Position numbers and translations under genes: made by a program. A DNA stretch of 64,000 nucleotides from Lytechinus pictus. Lineage: Eukaryota. The number at the start of each line of letters is the position of its first letter. The first letter of the stretch is position 1. Shown here piece by piece: positions 1 through 14,353 of the stretch. The DNA is taken from the NCBI RefSeq assembly GCF_037042905.1, contig NC_087245.1:39496001-39560000 (forward strand), in the 5' to 3' direction. Below the pieces are notes generated by a model. The model saw only the letters and a list, made by a program, of their open reading frames with translations, did no database searches and was not told the origin of the DNA.

Positions 1-148
1 TTTGACTTAAATTGGTGAATTTTGTTGTTACATTTTGAAATAAAAAACACATTTTTCTTTTAGGCTTATATATTCTGGTCCCTGTTTTATAAAGGCCAAT
101 GGCCAATCAAGATCATTGTTGAAAGTACTTGCTCAAAACACTGACCAG

Positions 149-305
149 GGGAGCGTTTCATGAAAGGGTTTGTCTGACATTTTATCTGACAAATCCTGTT
201 CTATCCAACAGTTACCACAGTAACAGTGTTCCTCAGCCAATCAAAATCAAGGAAAGTTGTCAGATCTGACACCTTGTCGGACAAAAATGTTGATGAAACG
301 CTCCT
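149..305. mobile_element. Harbinger-like MITE family 1 (other copies 506-628, ~16052-16208, ~16420-16472, ~36711-36870)
   Basis: TIR GGGAGCGTTTCAT ... ATGAAACGCTCC with CAG on both flanks. Confidence 0.8.
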
Positions 306-800
306 CAGGAATAAATCACAGAGATTCTTTCATATTTCATCCAAAACCTTTACGTCACCAGGCGCATATCCAGCATCAGATCCTACATAGCATTTCATGG
401 GCCCAATTGTCTGGGGACAAAAGTGACTCTATCATGCTTGTGCACGGGCCCATACATTTCTTTGTCGTAGTTGATGCTGGATACACTATTGGTCATGGGG
501 CTCTGGGGAGCGTTTCATCAACATTTATGTCCGACAAGTTGTCAGATCTGACAACTTTCCCTGATTCTGACTGGCTGAGAGGACTGTTGCTATGGTAATT
601 GTCTGATAAAATCCTTTCATGAAACACTCTGATCTTTCAAGTTGCCTGACTTACATTGAGGTTAACTGTACTGTACACGTTTAAAGTCTAAGGATGCTCT
701 GGAAAATGCAAAAGAGGGGATGGGGGAGGGGTCATCATTACACCCCACCCCTCAATAGATTCATCAAAATAATAGATTACAATACTGCAATGCAACTAAC

Positions 801-893
801 CTTGGGACACCTGGTGATAATCTCTCTGACTTTGGAATCAGAAAAACTTAAAAGCTGCTGAAAGTAACCTAGTTTGTTGTCAATCCTCTCCAC
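801..893 (-). CDS. MTERF3: MTERF3 next coding exon (31 codons); gene continues beyond the left edge
   Basis: Acceptor tttgaag|GTG and donor AAG|gttagt. Encodes VERIDNKLGYFQQLLSFSDSKVREIITRCPK, continuing FLNFS as in vertebrate MTERF3 (FSVERLDNRLGFFQ...). Confidence 0.92.
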
Positions 894-958
894 CTTCAAA
901 AAAAATATAAAAAGAAAGACATATCAAAATTAAATTACAACATAAAAGAGAGAGAGAG

Positions 959-1433
959 AACTAGAAATTTGACGTGTCCAAAGGACACAGACGCCCCCGC
1001 TTAACGCGATCAGAAATTAATTCAATATGATTAAACTTAATATCGTGCAGAAACCAATATAATTTAAACCTTTGAACCAAATCGCACATTTAATGAGCTG
1101 TGACCTTTGACCTGCGGACTCCGAATTCAAACTTAGCCTGTATTTTGGTGTCATCTACCTACACACCCAAATTTTTTAAATTCCATTAAATATTTTTCGA
1201 GTTATTGCGCGGAAACCAACTCGCATATTTTATGAGCTGTGACCTTTGACCCCTGGACTCCGAATTCGAACTTAGCCTGTATTTTGGTGTCATCTACCTA
1301 CACACCAATATTTTTTTAAATCCAATCCATTAAACATTTTTTGGGTTATTGCGCGGAAACCAAGTGGGGGGACGGACGGACAAGGGCAATGCTTAGTGCC
1401 CCCATCGGACTTCGTTTGCGGGGGCATAAAAAA
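959..1433 (-). mobile_element. HINE/DINE-1-like (Helentron-associated) element
   Basis: Minus strand begins ttttatgcccccgc..gggggcac (hairpin), then a (GTCC)n microsatellite and an internal ~137-bp tandem duplication (1090/1230). Ends ...tctagtt in a T-rich site. Confidence 0.7.
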
Positions 1434-1795
1434 GGTCAAGGCATGTACATGTATTCTTTTATTGAGTATATTTGATTCACTGACAGAGATTCAAGTAGCA
1501 AACCAATCATTCAACAGAGAGAGAGAGAGGAGGGGGGGGTCTATGTGTCAACCCCCCCCCACACACACACACACAAAATTGAACAGCATGAAGTGACAAA
1601 TAGCCGCCTGTGATAGGATAGTATCCCAATTTTTTGTTTAATTAAAGAATAATTATTGCATAGTAATGCATGTTACAGAACTCTCCACTGTAAAGTAAAT
1701 GAAAATCATTCTTTCTGATAAATGAATTTCTTTGAAATGAAAGTTAAACTTAAAGAGGAACAGATGAATTCAAGTATATATAGTTTTATACTCAC

Positions 1796-2647
1796 AGAGA
1801 AATTAAGGAAGTAAGGGGCACGACAAACAATCTGGGAAATGGCAGTCTCAGAAAACCCTTTTTGATGCAAATAATGTACCCTGGCTTCTAGATTCCGCAC
1901 ATCTTCACCAAGAATGAAAGGGTTCTTGGTGACAAAAGATCCTAGTTGCTCTCCTGGGACTCCCGTGTGATGTAAAAATGATAGCTTGTCCTTTATGTCT
2001 CTGTCAAAATCCATCTTCATAAGCATGGTGGCCACCCCTTTCCTGCTCTCCACCTTGGAAAGGTCCACGCCCATTCGCACAAGCTTCTGCAGGGTCTCGG
2101 AATGGTCCACATACGAGGCAAGGGCATATGTCTCTGGCATGAGTGGTATGTCAGCAAAGTGTTCAAGGATCTTGGGGTTCTCTGTCTCCTCAAGGATGTC
2201 AATCTCCAATTCCTGGTTCTGGTCCCAAACCTCAGCCTCGTCTTCAGGAATGACACTCGCATCTGCAGAAGACAGCTTTGTGTTCTGCAAACTCTTACTG
2301 GATAAACCATCATCTTCAAAGGAACTGTAAGTAACCCCATCCTCTCTTTTCATGTTCTCCCCAAAGTTCTCTAATCTTCCAGAGGCAGTTCTCTCAAATG
2401 CATCCGACTTAGATTCTGATATCAGTCTCTTGGGATGTACAAATTTCAATTTAGTTCCCGCCTTATGGAAATCGTGTTCTACCGAGGCCCTCTCAAAGCC
2501 AGATAATCCATGCTTATGCAACTGTTGGATCAACGAGATCTGGCCCTTGTTGGAAACTACGGGGACTGAAGCTCTCTTGCAGATACCAAGATAGGGAAAG
2601 ATCCCCTTGAAGAGTCTGCAACCAAATTGGGGGCTGCGGCAAGTCAT
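1796..2647 (-). CDS. MTERF3: Mitochondrial transcription termination factor 3, first coding exon
   Basis: Translation contains YALASYVDHSETLQKLVRMGVDLSKVE...FLHHTGV...TKNPFILGED..NLEARVHYL...IVCRAPYFLNFS, the MTERF3 repeat region. The N-terminus is basic and could be a mitochondrial presequence. An in-frame TAA lies upstream of ATG 2647. Donor TCT|gtgagt at 1796/1795 (phase 0). The ORF-track tail past 1796 is intron read-through. Confidence 0.93.
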
Positions 2648-3831
2648 AATGGAAATCGCGAGGTGTTTTATTGCTGGAGTAGAAGAAATTCTTGGGGAAG
2701 AGAATATTAACTCATTCTTCCATCCAGTTTATTGATGATCTTCATTGCATGGTGGAACAGGATGACCATACCCATAGAAGTAGACTATTGAAAGAATAAT
2801 AAAAAAATACAACATTTAATACTAGTCATCATCTCCATTGTAAGCAGGGACTTGGACAGAGCTCAACAACACTTCACAAACAGGTACTATGGGAGCTGTG
2901 CAGGCATGTCACTCTGATCCTCAAACAAAACTTACTGACAATCCCCCAAAGTTCAAAAGCCCAAATCATAATTTAGAGTAATTGGTAAACAAGGAAACAT
3001 ACAAGAGTGGCATGCTCCTTGAACCTTGAAGAGTATTGACAGTCTTGCCTGCATGGTGCAATTCAATACAGCTCTGCAGCTTCTGATACTGAAATAAGTT
3101 CAACATTCTTGTTTTATATTTAAATTTAACCTATTTTGAAAGCGACAAAATTTAATCCTTTTTTTCTTAATTTTTCTTGTTGGTTAATCCAAGTTCGAGG
3201 TCATTCAAGGAATCATAAAATGCATGGATAGGATCACCAGATAAAATATACCATCAAAGTTGTCAGTTTGGCAGTTCATCAGTTCACGTTTTGAGCACTT
3301 CCTTCCATTTCATTTTTTAATTTGATGAAATAAACACAATGATGATGATATTTTACAACCGAGAATTTAACAGAGTAAAGAATTCAATACATGGTTTGGT
3401 AAGTTCTCATAGTACTTTTTCCTACAAGTCCAACATGATGCTTTATGACAAATTTTGTGGTGATTGCGAACCCCATTTGCATAGAAACTTCCTCAAATTT
3501 TAATCAAACCTTTTTTATTTCTGATATCTGGATTTGAAAGAGAGTAAAAGTAACTTTGCTTAAGTTGAATTTTTCAGGAACAAAGAAATCTGTCTGACTT
3601 AGAAGAGTTGTATAATAACACATGTTTTAGATACATGTAACTGGGTCTAACAAAATTGCTAGGTGAGTTATGGAAGGGTGGCTTAAACAGTTATCTATTA
3701 GATTTTGACCTTTTGCTTGGAATTAAACAAACCACAAGCAGATTTTTTTTTACTTTTCTTATTAATAGGGATCCCAAAACGAAAATCTAATTTTTTAAAT
3801 CTATGTTTAAAAGCATTGAAAAGTACCTCAC

Positions 3832-4100
3832 CTGAATCAGCATATTAAAAAACCCCAAGTGAATGACTTTTAGTGTTCCAAAGAGATCTAATTATCTGTT
3901 AATCTGAGGCTAAAGTGGGTCCGAATTGTGACAGATTTGTGTACAAATTTCATTTTGAAATTTCGTCGACACGTATTCTCAGAGCTCGGCACTGAACGAG
4001 GGATTGTGGGCGTGTCCTTTCTCGCCTCGGCGTATTGTTACCCAAATACACAACTCGAACGAAAGTGCGTTCACCGTCCCAGTTAGTCTCGGATCCGAGC
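3832..4100 (-). promoter_or_regulatory. Putative non-coding first exon and CpG-rich promoter of MTERF3
   Basis: Strong donor CAG|gtgagg at 3832/3831. CpG-rich patch at 3960-4100 in an AT-rich background. Candidate acceptor tctttcaatag| at 2785/2784. The 5' boundary is approximate. Confidence 0.5.
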
Positions 4101-4331
4101 TTATCCAAATAAACAATGATTAAATAACAACCAAAAATAGAAAGAAGAGAAAAGAGAAAATAAATGGCTCAAATGCAGTCGTTTGGTGACGGATACTGTA
4201 TGCTCTGACCTCTTGCTGATATAAGGATTAGATATGACATAAGTTTTATGCCATGATAACTAAAGCATGGGGGGGGGGCAGGGGCACTCTGACTTTCAAA
4301 ATAATTAATTCTTTAAACATCTATATCTAGG

Positions 4332-5011
4332 CAAGGGAGGGTCCAGGATTTTCCAAAGGAGAGGGGGCACTATTAGCGGCGGCAGTCAAAAAATTAAGGG
4401 GGGGCACCAACATTTTTGACAAAAAAAGGGGGGGGGACCGAAAAAAAAAATTAGCAAAAAAAAAACCCAACAACGTCCCCCCATAGGCAGCGGGGGGGGG
4501 GGGGGGGGTCGTGTCCCCCCTAAATTTGAGGTGGGGGGACAATCGCCCCCCCCCCCCCCTAATTTTTTGTTGTTGATAACCTTTTGTTTTTTTTGCTTGT
4601 CATTTTTTTTTCCTGCCTGCCCCCTAAATTCCAGTGGACCCCCCTAAAAATTTCATGTGGTCTCCCCTAAAATTTGGGTTGATAAACTTTTTTTTTTTTT
4701 GGGGGGGGGGGGGCTTTTCACAAAATTTTGGTGGTCCCCCCCTAAATTTTTGCTTTCCGTTGCCAATGGTCCCCACCTCAAATTAAGGGAGACAGGGCCT
4801 ATGGAGGCACATTTTCCCGATGCAAATTTGATAAGCATTACAAAATGTTTTTACAAAAAATCCAAAATTTCGTCCCTAAAAATTGACAAGCAAAAAAATT
4901 GGGCCTATATATATCCTCACTTTCAAGGGGCATGCTTGGGTAAAAAGGGCATGTTTATGTTACAAATTACAAATTTGGCTCTCGATAATTATGCCCCTTG
5001 GATCCACCAGT
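4332..5011. mobile_element. Degenerate G/C-run-rich TIR element
   Basis: Ends agggagggtccaggattttcc ... ccccttggatccacc. A related start occurs at ~10363. Confidence 0.5.
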
Positions 5012-5888
5012 AATCTAAGTGGAATTTTTTGTTTTGAGTTTTGATATGGCTACCTTCTCGGAGGGCGTCCTCGCTGCGGTAGCTGGATAGTGCTGCAAAA
5101 GAGTAGGCCTTATACATCTTTTGCAGCATTAACTGACACTCCGAGACTTATAATTTTACCTTATACTTAAAAAATGAATAATACAAAATAAAACATAACA
5201 CTTGTTTTTGGAGTAAGTTGATGTCAAAATATATTCAGTCTGGGGCACGAAGACTTGGAACTCTGCCCCATATCATTGTACTTGCCTCGCTCGATTTGTA
5301 TCATAAAAAAAATTTAAAAATGTTTCCACATTAAAATATAGATCTAAGTACAATGGCCAGAAATAATAGTACGAATAAGCTAGCAGAATTTGTATCATAC
5401 CACCCATATTATTGAACGCCAACGAAGGCAGTTTCTAAATCCTGTTTGCTTTATCCCACTTTTCCACTAAGATTTATCCCTTTTGCGTGTCATATGAAAG
5501 CAGTTTTGTGCGCAGATCTAGCGTACCGGTACATGTAGGACCACATGCAGTCATTAATAGCTCTCTTTAATTTTTTTTCAACAAATGATGTCTCATGCTT
5601 TCGTTAAAATTAATAAATTAGAATCCTTGTATATGGCCCTGGGAAGTGGGGTGCTCGGGTTGTGACCCCCAAGTTTTTTTTTTTTTTTTTAGCTGGTGGT
5701 GCGTTTTTTGTACACGTATATAGTTTAAAACAGGAAGAAGAATGACATTGATTTTTGTACCGCATTATTTTCATTAATTTATTGGTAGAAATACAAAAAA
5801 AAAGTTTTGAAAAAACATTTTTCAAAACTATTCCGCGGCTCCTGGAAGAATGGAGAGATGGACGGAAGGAGAGAAATAAATAGGATGA

Positions 5889-7243
5889 AGGGGTGGATCC
5901 AGCTTTCGCCAAAGGGGGGGGGGGCAAATTTTTTTTCACCATTATTTTTCCCCAATCGGCCGCACGAATATGATTTATATTTGTTTCTTTGAAGAAATGT
6001 CACTTCTTAGCTTTTGTCTTATAAATCAACATAAATATATAATATCATAACCCTTTTTATATAGTGCGAGCTAATTTATTAAAAAAAATATGTTTTTCCC
6101 CAAAGTTTGAAATTTCTGGGCAATGTTTATCATGAAAAAGATGTGTATGCAACTAAATAATTACTAAGAACGCGAAGTGCGAACAGAATTGAAATCATAG
6201 GCACTTTTTGTAACTTAAACAGGATAGGTATATAACTTAGCAATTGATGCGAAGCGCGAGCACAAAATTGGAAGATTTAGACCTAAAAACGAGACATGTC
6301 TAGTCATGTCTTTTAAATCATCATGGAAAGGATGTCAAATTGCCGATCTTTGTTACTTTAATAATGCTCGCGCAAATTAGCGCGAGCATAAGATTTTTGT
6401 ATACGTTTTGAACTGATCAAAAAGGTACCTGTTAAGGACTGCTTATTTCACTTAGCCATGGAGACGTTACATATTTCAACAATAAAATAATGCAAGCGCG
6501 AGCCGATATTTTTTTTACACTTCTACATAAAGAATGGAAAATTTTAATCAATTATTGTGACCATGAACAGGATCGTCGTTATAAAACAATTAATGCGAGC
6601 GCGAAGCGCGAGCGGAAAAAAATCGACATTTAGACCTAAAAAATGGGACACTCTATTCCTGTTTTGTATAATAAGGATGAGTAATAGGGGTTCTTCCTAC
6701 ATAAAAAATGCGAGCACAAAGCGCTAGCAGAATTTTGTTTTTCAGAAACTGGATAATGGTTGAAATACTAACAAGTTGAGTATCTAGATAGACATGCGCT
6801 CGCGTGTTTCCGATTTAGGCCTACAATCTAGGCATTCTGAATATATATTTTAACATGAAATTGAAAATCAAAGCGAGCGCGAAGCGCGACCTTAAAATAT
6901 TTGACATTCTGATCTGAAAAAGGGGTCAATTTCAGCTCAAGTACTTTGTGAGGTGGATTTGGATCGCACTTAATAAAGAGCTGATAGATTTGACAAAGGA
7001 CCGGGACATGAAAGTGATGAATATCTTCCTATTCCTCTTGCTAAGAGCGAGATGAAACAGAAAGGACAATTTAACCATTAAAATTAATATCTGATCTATA
7101 AATGCCTAATGAGGCGCGAAATCTGATGATAACATGGTATGAAAACTGGAAATTTCAAGCACTTTTGTAATTATGAATATGATGTATCAGGTAATATTTT
7201 TAACCGTTTATGCGAGCGCAAGTCGCGAGCCAAAATTTTTATA
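5889..7243 (+). mobile_element. Third, 3'-truncated copy of the GGGCGGATCC-TIR family
   Basis: Starts aggggtggatccagctttcgccaaagggg and has the same order of internal blocks. Confidence 0.75.
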
Positions 7244-7749
7244 AGGCCAAGTCACAAGGATTACCCTCCTTTTAACTGCCATTATCAATATGTTACTACA
7301 TTATAACCATGTATTTACTCTACATATGCATTAAATTCTGTGAATCCCATAATCTTGAACCATTAATGCTTCTTTCTTTGACCCATGCTATTTCTGCCCA
7401 TATATCTCTTGAGGGTTTTTTTTTTTCTCTCTCAAGGTGTGTATGGCACATTGAGGAGTATAGAAGCATGTTGGAGATATTGAAAGGGGTAGAATAATTG
7501 AATGAAATTCACGAATGGGAGAGATGCCGAGGGGGGGGGGGGGCAAAGATGTTGAGACAGAAAGGGGGTTTGAGAGAAAAGAGGGGAATTAACTATAAAG
7601 GAACAGCAGTCATGAGAGGGAAAGAGAGAGGGGGGAGGAAATCGAAGGAAGATATGCATACGATAAAAGAGTCCTCGTAGAAAAAGTGAGAGAGAGGGGG
7701 GATATGGAACTGAGAGATCATAATGAGATAAGAAAGAAGTAGTAGTGCA

Positions 7750-10228
7750 TGGGCGGATCTATCGCCAATAGGGGGGGGGGTGCCAATTCGTCTGCGGCCA
7801 ACTTGTCCACTCATTACATGGTCTACTTTCATTTAGTCTAATGCCAATCTGTCTATCAACATTTCGTCTAACAGCCATTGGTCCATTAACCATTTGGTCC
7901 AATCATCACTTCGTCTAATAACCATCTCGTCTATGACCATTTAGTCTCATAACCGGTTGGTCTATAATACCCATTTTATTTTCATTCATTTTGCACAATA
8001 ATACACTTATAGTCCAATTAGATGAAATGGTATATGGACCAAATGGCTTTTGGGTCCACTGGTCATTAGACGGAATGGCATTAGACTAAATGAAAAAAAA
8101 AGACTATGTGGTGAGTTGACGAACTGATGGACCAAACGATAGTAGACGAGTTGGCAATTAGACAAATTGGAAATAAACCGGGGAAGGGGCCGAAAAATAT
8201 TTGCACCCGTATTTTCCACAATCAGCCGCTCAAAGTTAATAGGGGTAGTCCAAACAGTCACTTCTTTATTCTCATTAAACAGCATACACAAAACACAATA
8301 TACAATAATCTCATAGCCCCTATAGTGCAAGTGCGAAGCGCGAGCTAAAATATTTTTGAAATTTCATGTTTTTTATCCTCAAAATTGAACATTCTGGGCA
8401 ATGTTTGTGAAATTGAACAAGATGCGTATTTTACTAAAATTGCTGCGAGCGCGAAGGAGCAAAAAAAAAGTAAGTAAGAAAAGAGAGAAATATACGTTCT
8501 GGCCTGATCGAAAAGGGACTTGCTAATGGCGGTTTACAGTTAGCCAAGAAGACGATGCATATTTCAATCAAAATAATGCGAGCGCAAAGCTCGAGCTAAA
8601 ATGTTTGAAATTCTGACCATAAAAATAGACATTCCAAGCACTTTGTGTATGAACAGAACACAGTGGGAGCACGAAGCGTGAGCGGATAACAATTGAGATA
8701 TATAGACCTAAAAAGGAACACTATTTTATATTTATGTTTTCTAAATCGTGAAAAGGGTGGGTAATTGGTTACCGTCTTACATTATTTTATAATGCAAGAG
8801 CGAGAAGAAATTTTTTTATATTCTAATCTGAAGCGAGATAATTTAAGCATGCTGTTTTCAATAAAGGATAAGCAGCCCGTCTCAATAAACATGCGTGTTC
8901 TAGAATTTGTGCATTCTTAATACACTTTTTATCACGGAAAATCAATAATGCGAGCGCGAAGCGCGAACTGATAATATTGGATATTCCGATGTGAAAAGGT
9001 CAAATTAACCACTGCACTGTGCAGGAAAATAATCGTAAAGTGGACATGGATTGCTCTTAAAAAATGAGGCGAATGCAAAGCATGAGCTGAAGTTATTCTG
9101 GCCTAGGACCGGGACATTCTAAGGACATTTTTTCATCATAATTATGAATGTCTTCCGATTCCTCTTCCCAAGCGCAAAAAGAAACATGTCGATCTTCCAT
9201 TTTGAAAAAGTGACAACTTAATTACGGTATTAGGAATTAATGAAATGTTATTAATATCTTATTTACTAATCTAATAAGCCTAATGAGAGCTCTAAATTTG
9301 TTGATATTAAAGTGTTAACCCTGGACATTATAAGCACTTTTGTAATTATGAATATGATGCATTAATTACCGGTAACGTACTTTTAGAAATTAATGCGAAC
9401 GGCAATTGCGAGCAAATTTTTAATTTAATAAACTTATTATTAACTAAAAAAACTGTCATGAAAAGGCGATTTTAAGTACTTTGATTTATATATATTTGAG
9501 GTATACATAACTCACCAATTTAAGCACGTGCGTGTAATGCTAGCTGATAAGATTTGACAATCAGACCTTAAAAAGTTATATTTTGATAAATTTATGGAAT
9601 AGGGCCTACATGAAGAGGATATGTACTCCACAAATGAAATAATGCTAGGGCACAGCGTGAGCTAAAAATGTTGATACTCAGATCATAAAACGAATATTTT
9701 ACAAAGCACTTTTTTATTGATTCGTTATACCTCGGTCACACTTTTTCTACGGCGAGTAGAAAACAGTCGTTTAAACATTTTTTTGTGCCAGCTAAATATA
9801 GGTGGTTTGAATAAAAATGAATAAAACGGCTGTTTCGACTCTCCGTACGGCCGCCGCAGAGCAAATGTGACCGAGGTATAAATAAAAAAGAATAATGAAA
9901 GTTCAATGTCCTAGCTGACCGTACAGTATATGTTTTGTATTTTGACTGCAAAGCTTAAATGTCAAGCTCATATATATCAGCCTATTGAGCAATAATTATG
10001 TACTCATCGAAAATGAGCAATGCGAGTGCGAAGCGCGAGCGAAAATTTCAATTTTGCATGTTCTTTTAAATCATCAAAGTCTCCCCTCCCTAATTTTATT
10101 CACTTTTCTCCCTCCCTTTTCCCCTCTTCCTTTTCCACTCTCTTTTCCTTCTGTTTCTTCTTCCTTTCTCCATTTTTTGGTCTTTAATCCGCCAACAGGG
10201 GGGGGGGTGACCGCCCCCTGGATCCTTC
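7750..10228 (+). mobile_element. Second copy of the GGGCGGATCC-TIR family, interrupted by a MITE
   Basis: Starts gggcggatctatcgccaataggggg and ends gccccctggatcc. Colinear with 17027-19200. Confidence 0.78.
7781..8180. mobile_element. Palindromic MITE of short cgtcta/ggtcca subrepeats
   Basis: Ends tgccaattcgtct ... agacaaattggaa. Same family as 58190-58588. Splits the G-run of its host element. Confidence 0.8.
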
Positions 10229-11069
10229 TATGGTAGCGATGGTGAAAGCATTTGAATTATTCACCTCACAGTGTTAAACGGGGAAAATAGGAAATGGCTA
10301 AATTTTGAAAATCATTAATGTGGAGCCCTATTCAAGTTTAGTTTCATCTATATACACCTTGACAGGGGCTGATCCAGGATTTTCCAAAGTGGGGGCATTC
10401 AAGACCTAGTATGCTAGGAAAAAATCATTCCATACACAAAATTCCTCGGAAAAGTTGAAAAATAAGTCCTCACTTGAGAATGAACGACAAAATCCACTAA
10501 CAAATATTTGATATATTACGGGAGGGGGCACCTTTATTTGTCTCCCCTTTCCTTATTCCTCATCCATTCCATAGGCAGATCCAGGTGCCGGACCCAATTA
10601 TGGGCGGCGGCAACCCCTCCTACTGGCGGTGCGATTTTTTTTTTTTTTTTTTTACGGTGCAGATCGGGGAGAAAAATTGTAGTCCCCCCCCCCCATTAGC
10701 AAAATTTTGATCTACACCGGGTATTTGTCTGTCGTACCTTCCAGTAAATGAAACAACAAAATAAAAAAAATCACCGTTGCACTAGTATTAAAATTTTTGC
10801 GAGTCTTTATTTTTCAAATATTTTTGTTTATAATGGTATTCATTAATTATAATTATAGTGGAGGTTCGCATCCCGAGAATGTGAAATGAAAAAAAGAAAA
10901 CAAAAATTGCACTGAACAGGAAACACTTAACGTCCTTTTCAATTCCAATTTACTTAAAGTCATTCAAATAAAAAAAATAAGCATAATTTTTTGATACCTT
11001 AACTTGTTCATCACGAATACAATGAAGCCGACAATTATTTAGGTTTGTTTTGGATTAATCTTTATAATA

Positions 11070-11546
11070 ATTCACTTCAAATAAAATTCATACATTAACA
11101 GGAAAATATCACAGAAAATAATTTTAAAAAATTAATTGCAGTTGTATAAAACATCATAGAAAATAACATGACAGATAAATTTTATCTCGACAGGCACACT
11201 GTTCATTCGATCATAAAACAATCGCGCTGTTTCACTCCTTGTACACGCACAACTCTATCAGTGTTGTTTCATCTTCATCTGTCCTCAATGGCAAGGACAC
11301 CAGCATGATTCATTCACTTCAAATAAAATTCATACATACATATACAGGAAATATCAAAGAAAAAATTATATAACAAATCAATTGCAGTTGCATAAAACAC
11401 GATAGAAAATAACATGACAGATGAATTTTATCTCGACAGGCACACTGTTTCATTCGATCATGAAACGATCGCGCTGTTTCACTCATTGTACACGCGCAAC
11501 TCTATCTGAATTGTTTCATCTGTCCTCAATGCGGCAAACACCAGCA
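11070..11546. repeat. ~242-bp diverged tandem duplication
   Basis: attcacttcaaataaaattcatacat at 11070 and 11312, both copies ending in caccagca. Confidence 0.9.
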
Positions 11547-13172
11547 GTGCAGTGACGATAATAAGTTGCAGTTGCACGTGCACGGAGAATGAATTAAATT
11601 CGGCGGCTGAGTAAAGTCTAGCGAGAAAGGTACGTCACCAGCGAACTTCACGATAGACCACGCCTACTTGCCGAGGTAACCAACGTTGATTGACGGCCCA
11701 TTTAGTTTTTTGAGTAGTATGAAAAAGTACAGGCATGTATAAACTTCATTTTAGTTTGAATTCATTAAAAAAAAACATTTTTCTTCTAATATAGATGTTT
11801 CAAACATATTCCAAGTTTGAAAACATAATTTTTAAAACATTTATTGCTATATTTTTATCATGAAAAAAGGATTTCTTACGCAACAACAAGTATGATATGT
11901 GTGGGCAAGAGAACTACCGTTTTAGCCATAAAGCATATTTTTTATGATTTTATTGTGAGCCTACTCAAGGATTTTTGTTTATTTTTTATGAATTTCCAGA
12001 CCAAGTTCAACAGCGCCGTCTCGAGCTTGCAATAACGCATGCGATCGCACGCATTTTTCTCCATAGCGAATACACGCGACGAAACTCTGTGGATTTCTCG
12101 TGGATTTAACCTCCAAACGTCACTTTCGATACCACATGAAGGTAAGACACTTCATCCCACATAAGTCAATTTACATAAAGAAAACACAGGGCCTAATTTT
12201 TTTCACTAAGATGAACTTATTTGCTGAGGAAAAGCATTTCAATGCTCATTTTTGCCGTCGAGAACAGACGATGGTGGCAATGCACACTGTTTACGCACTT
12301 GCAATTGGCTTTTCATTTGCCCATAGCAATTTTGCTCAGTGGATCGGCCGACCTTTTGGTAACTCTATTATTAAGGTTAATGGACGGAGCTGACAATCTG
12401 AAATGATCTTTGACCTTGACCTATGACCTGAAATGCTACTCAAATGAATATTGATAGTGATACTTGACTAAATAATTTTTTCAGGTTTAATGAAATTGGA
12501 ACTCATACTTAAAATTGTACAAAATGATTTTAAAATCATCTTGAAAATTCAAAATCTTAACCTATCACCAGATTTTACCTTACCATGATTAGACTACAAC
12601 ATTCAAGTATTTTTGGTTACCCTGATACCATAATCACTCTTTTCCCTGTCTTATGGCATGCTGGGTCAATACTCTCCCCTTTTATCTTAAATCAAGAGGC
12701 TTGACATAGGATAGCATCGCTAACATTAATTTACATTTTGTTTGGACAAAATCATTAAATTATGATTCAAATGACACTGTGTGACAGACGTCAGACCCCC
12801 CCCCCCCCCCCCCGAGGCTTGACATAGGATAGCATCGTTCACGTTAATTTTTTTATTCAATTTGATCAACGTACCGATCCGGGCTTGACCAGAAAATACA
12901 TCTAAAGTGGTTAAGTGATTTGTAATGGCAGTCTGTTGTGATTCTCCCAAAATTGCGCAAATAATGCAGCGCTACACCTTCCCTTCATTGAATTGATTTA
13001 AGTACAGAAAAAAGTTATATAATAAAAATCAGGTTCCGCAAATTATGCTGGCGCAAATATTCACTGCTGAATGATACGAACCGGACAAGCTAAAACAATA
13101 TCAATTCACATTTTTCTTGGACCAAATCATTTATGATTCAGTTGACATTGCACCGAGTGTGATAGACGTCAG

Positions 13173-13209
<37 letters not shown>

Positions 13210-14353
13210 CTAGCCAGGAGGCTCCAGCTCCAAGACCAAGTCCAAGTCCTCGATCGAGAGATCATTCACTAAGTCAATAAGTGAATGATTTTTACTCATA
13301 CATTGGTTGCTAAAAGCATCGAGGCTGTATTCGACCTGGCTTAGGGCAAAATTTTTCAGAATTTTCTGTCAGAGTCAGACTTTTTGGGGGAACATTTGGT
13401 GCGAGTTTCACTTTACTTACTTAGTTTCAGAGGCATAGTCCGAGAGCGGGTCGGGTACGTGACAAATTTAAAAAATGGTTGACTTGATCAGGTGATAATA
13501 TGGATGGAGCCTCATCAGTTTGAAACTGAGAACAAAAGTTTACTTTCAAAACACAGACAGTCACATACAGATTTCATTTAAACTTCCATCACATCGTTCA
13601 CGTTCAGAGACGTGCGCATTGCACAAATGCCAGTGCATACAGGAACCCGGGGATTTTGCACCCGTGTTATTAGAATTATTGTTTCGCGGAACTATGATTT
13701 CCGTATTGGACATGTGTGCATTACAAATCGCACTCAGCTGGTGAAGGAAGTGGTCCCACTTTTTTGTGCCGTGCCGGGGTATATATTTTTACAATTACAC
13801 AAGTCACACAAAATAATATGGGCATAATTTCAAGTTTGGATGTGATTGAGGCAAGGGCTTACCTTTACGTTACCACTGCGCTTTTCGGACATGGATCCTG
13901 TTATTGTAAAACTTCTCCTGAATACAACCTAGGATTTTTTCATGATAATACTGGAGACATACCGGTACGTACCGCGCGGTGCATGCTCCGTATGAGGGGG
14001 GGGGGGGGGGAAGGGGGAGAGCGGGAGCTGAGGGTGCCGGTGCGTGGTGATGGTCGGTGCCTCGGTGGTACTTCACAGGGATGCTGGCCGCTAATTCCAC
14101 AATATGTTCATGGAGGAATTAATCGTTGTTTCAATTCACTTGACAATATAGAAAATTAGAATATTTCATAAGAAAAAAATAGTGAGTGTATGTCACGCAG
14201 TCTCCTCATTTGCATACGGACTAGGATGTGCATATAAATGTTTTGTGAAACTTCAAATGTCATAACTTTCTTATTTTATATCCGATTTCGATGAAATATT
14301 TTTTTAACAAAGGATGTGAGTCAGGCGAGACTATAGGGGAGGTGATAGCTTAA

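Noticed and set aside
655..698. Possible small MTERF3 exon (ttccag|...|gtaagt on the minus strand)
   Set aside because: Stop codons in all three frames as given, so it is not a clean coding exon.
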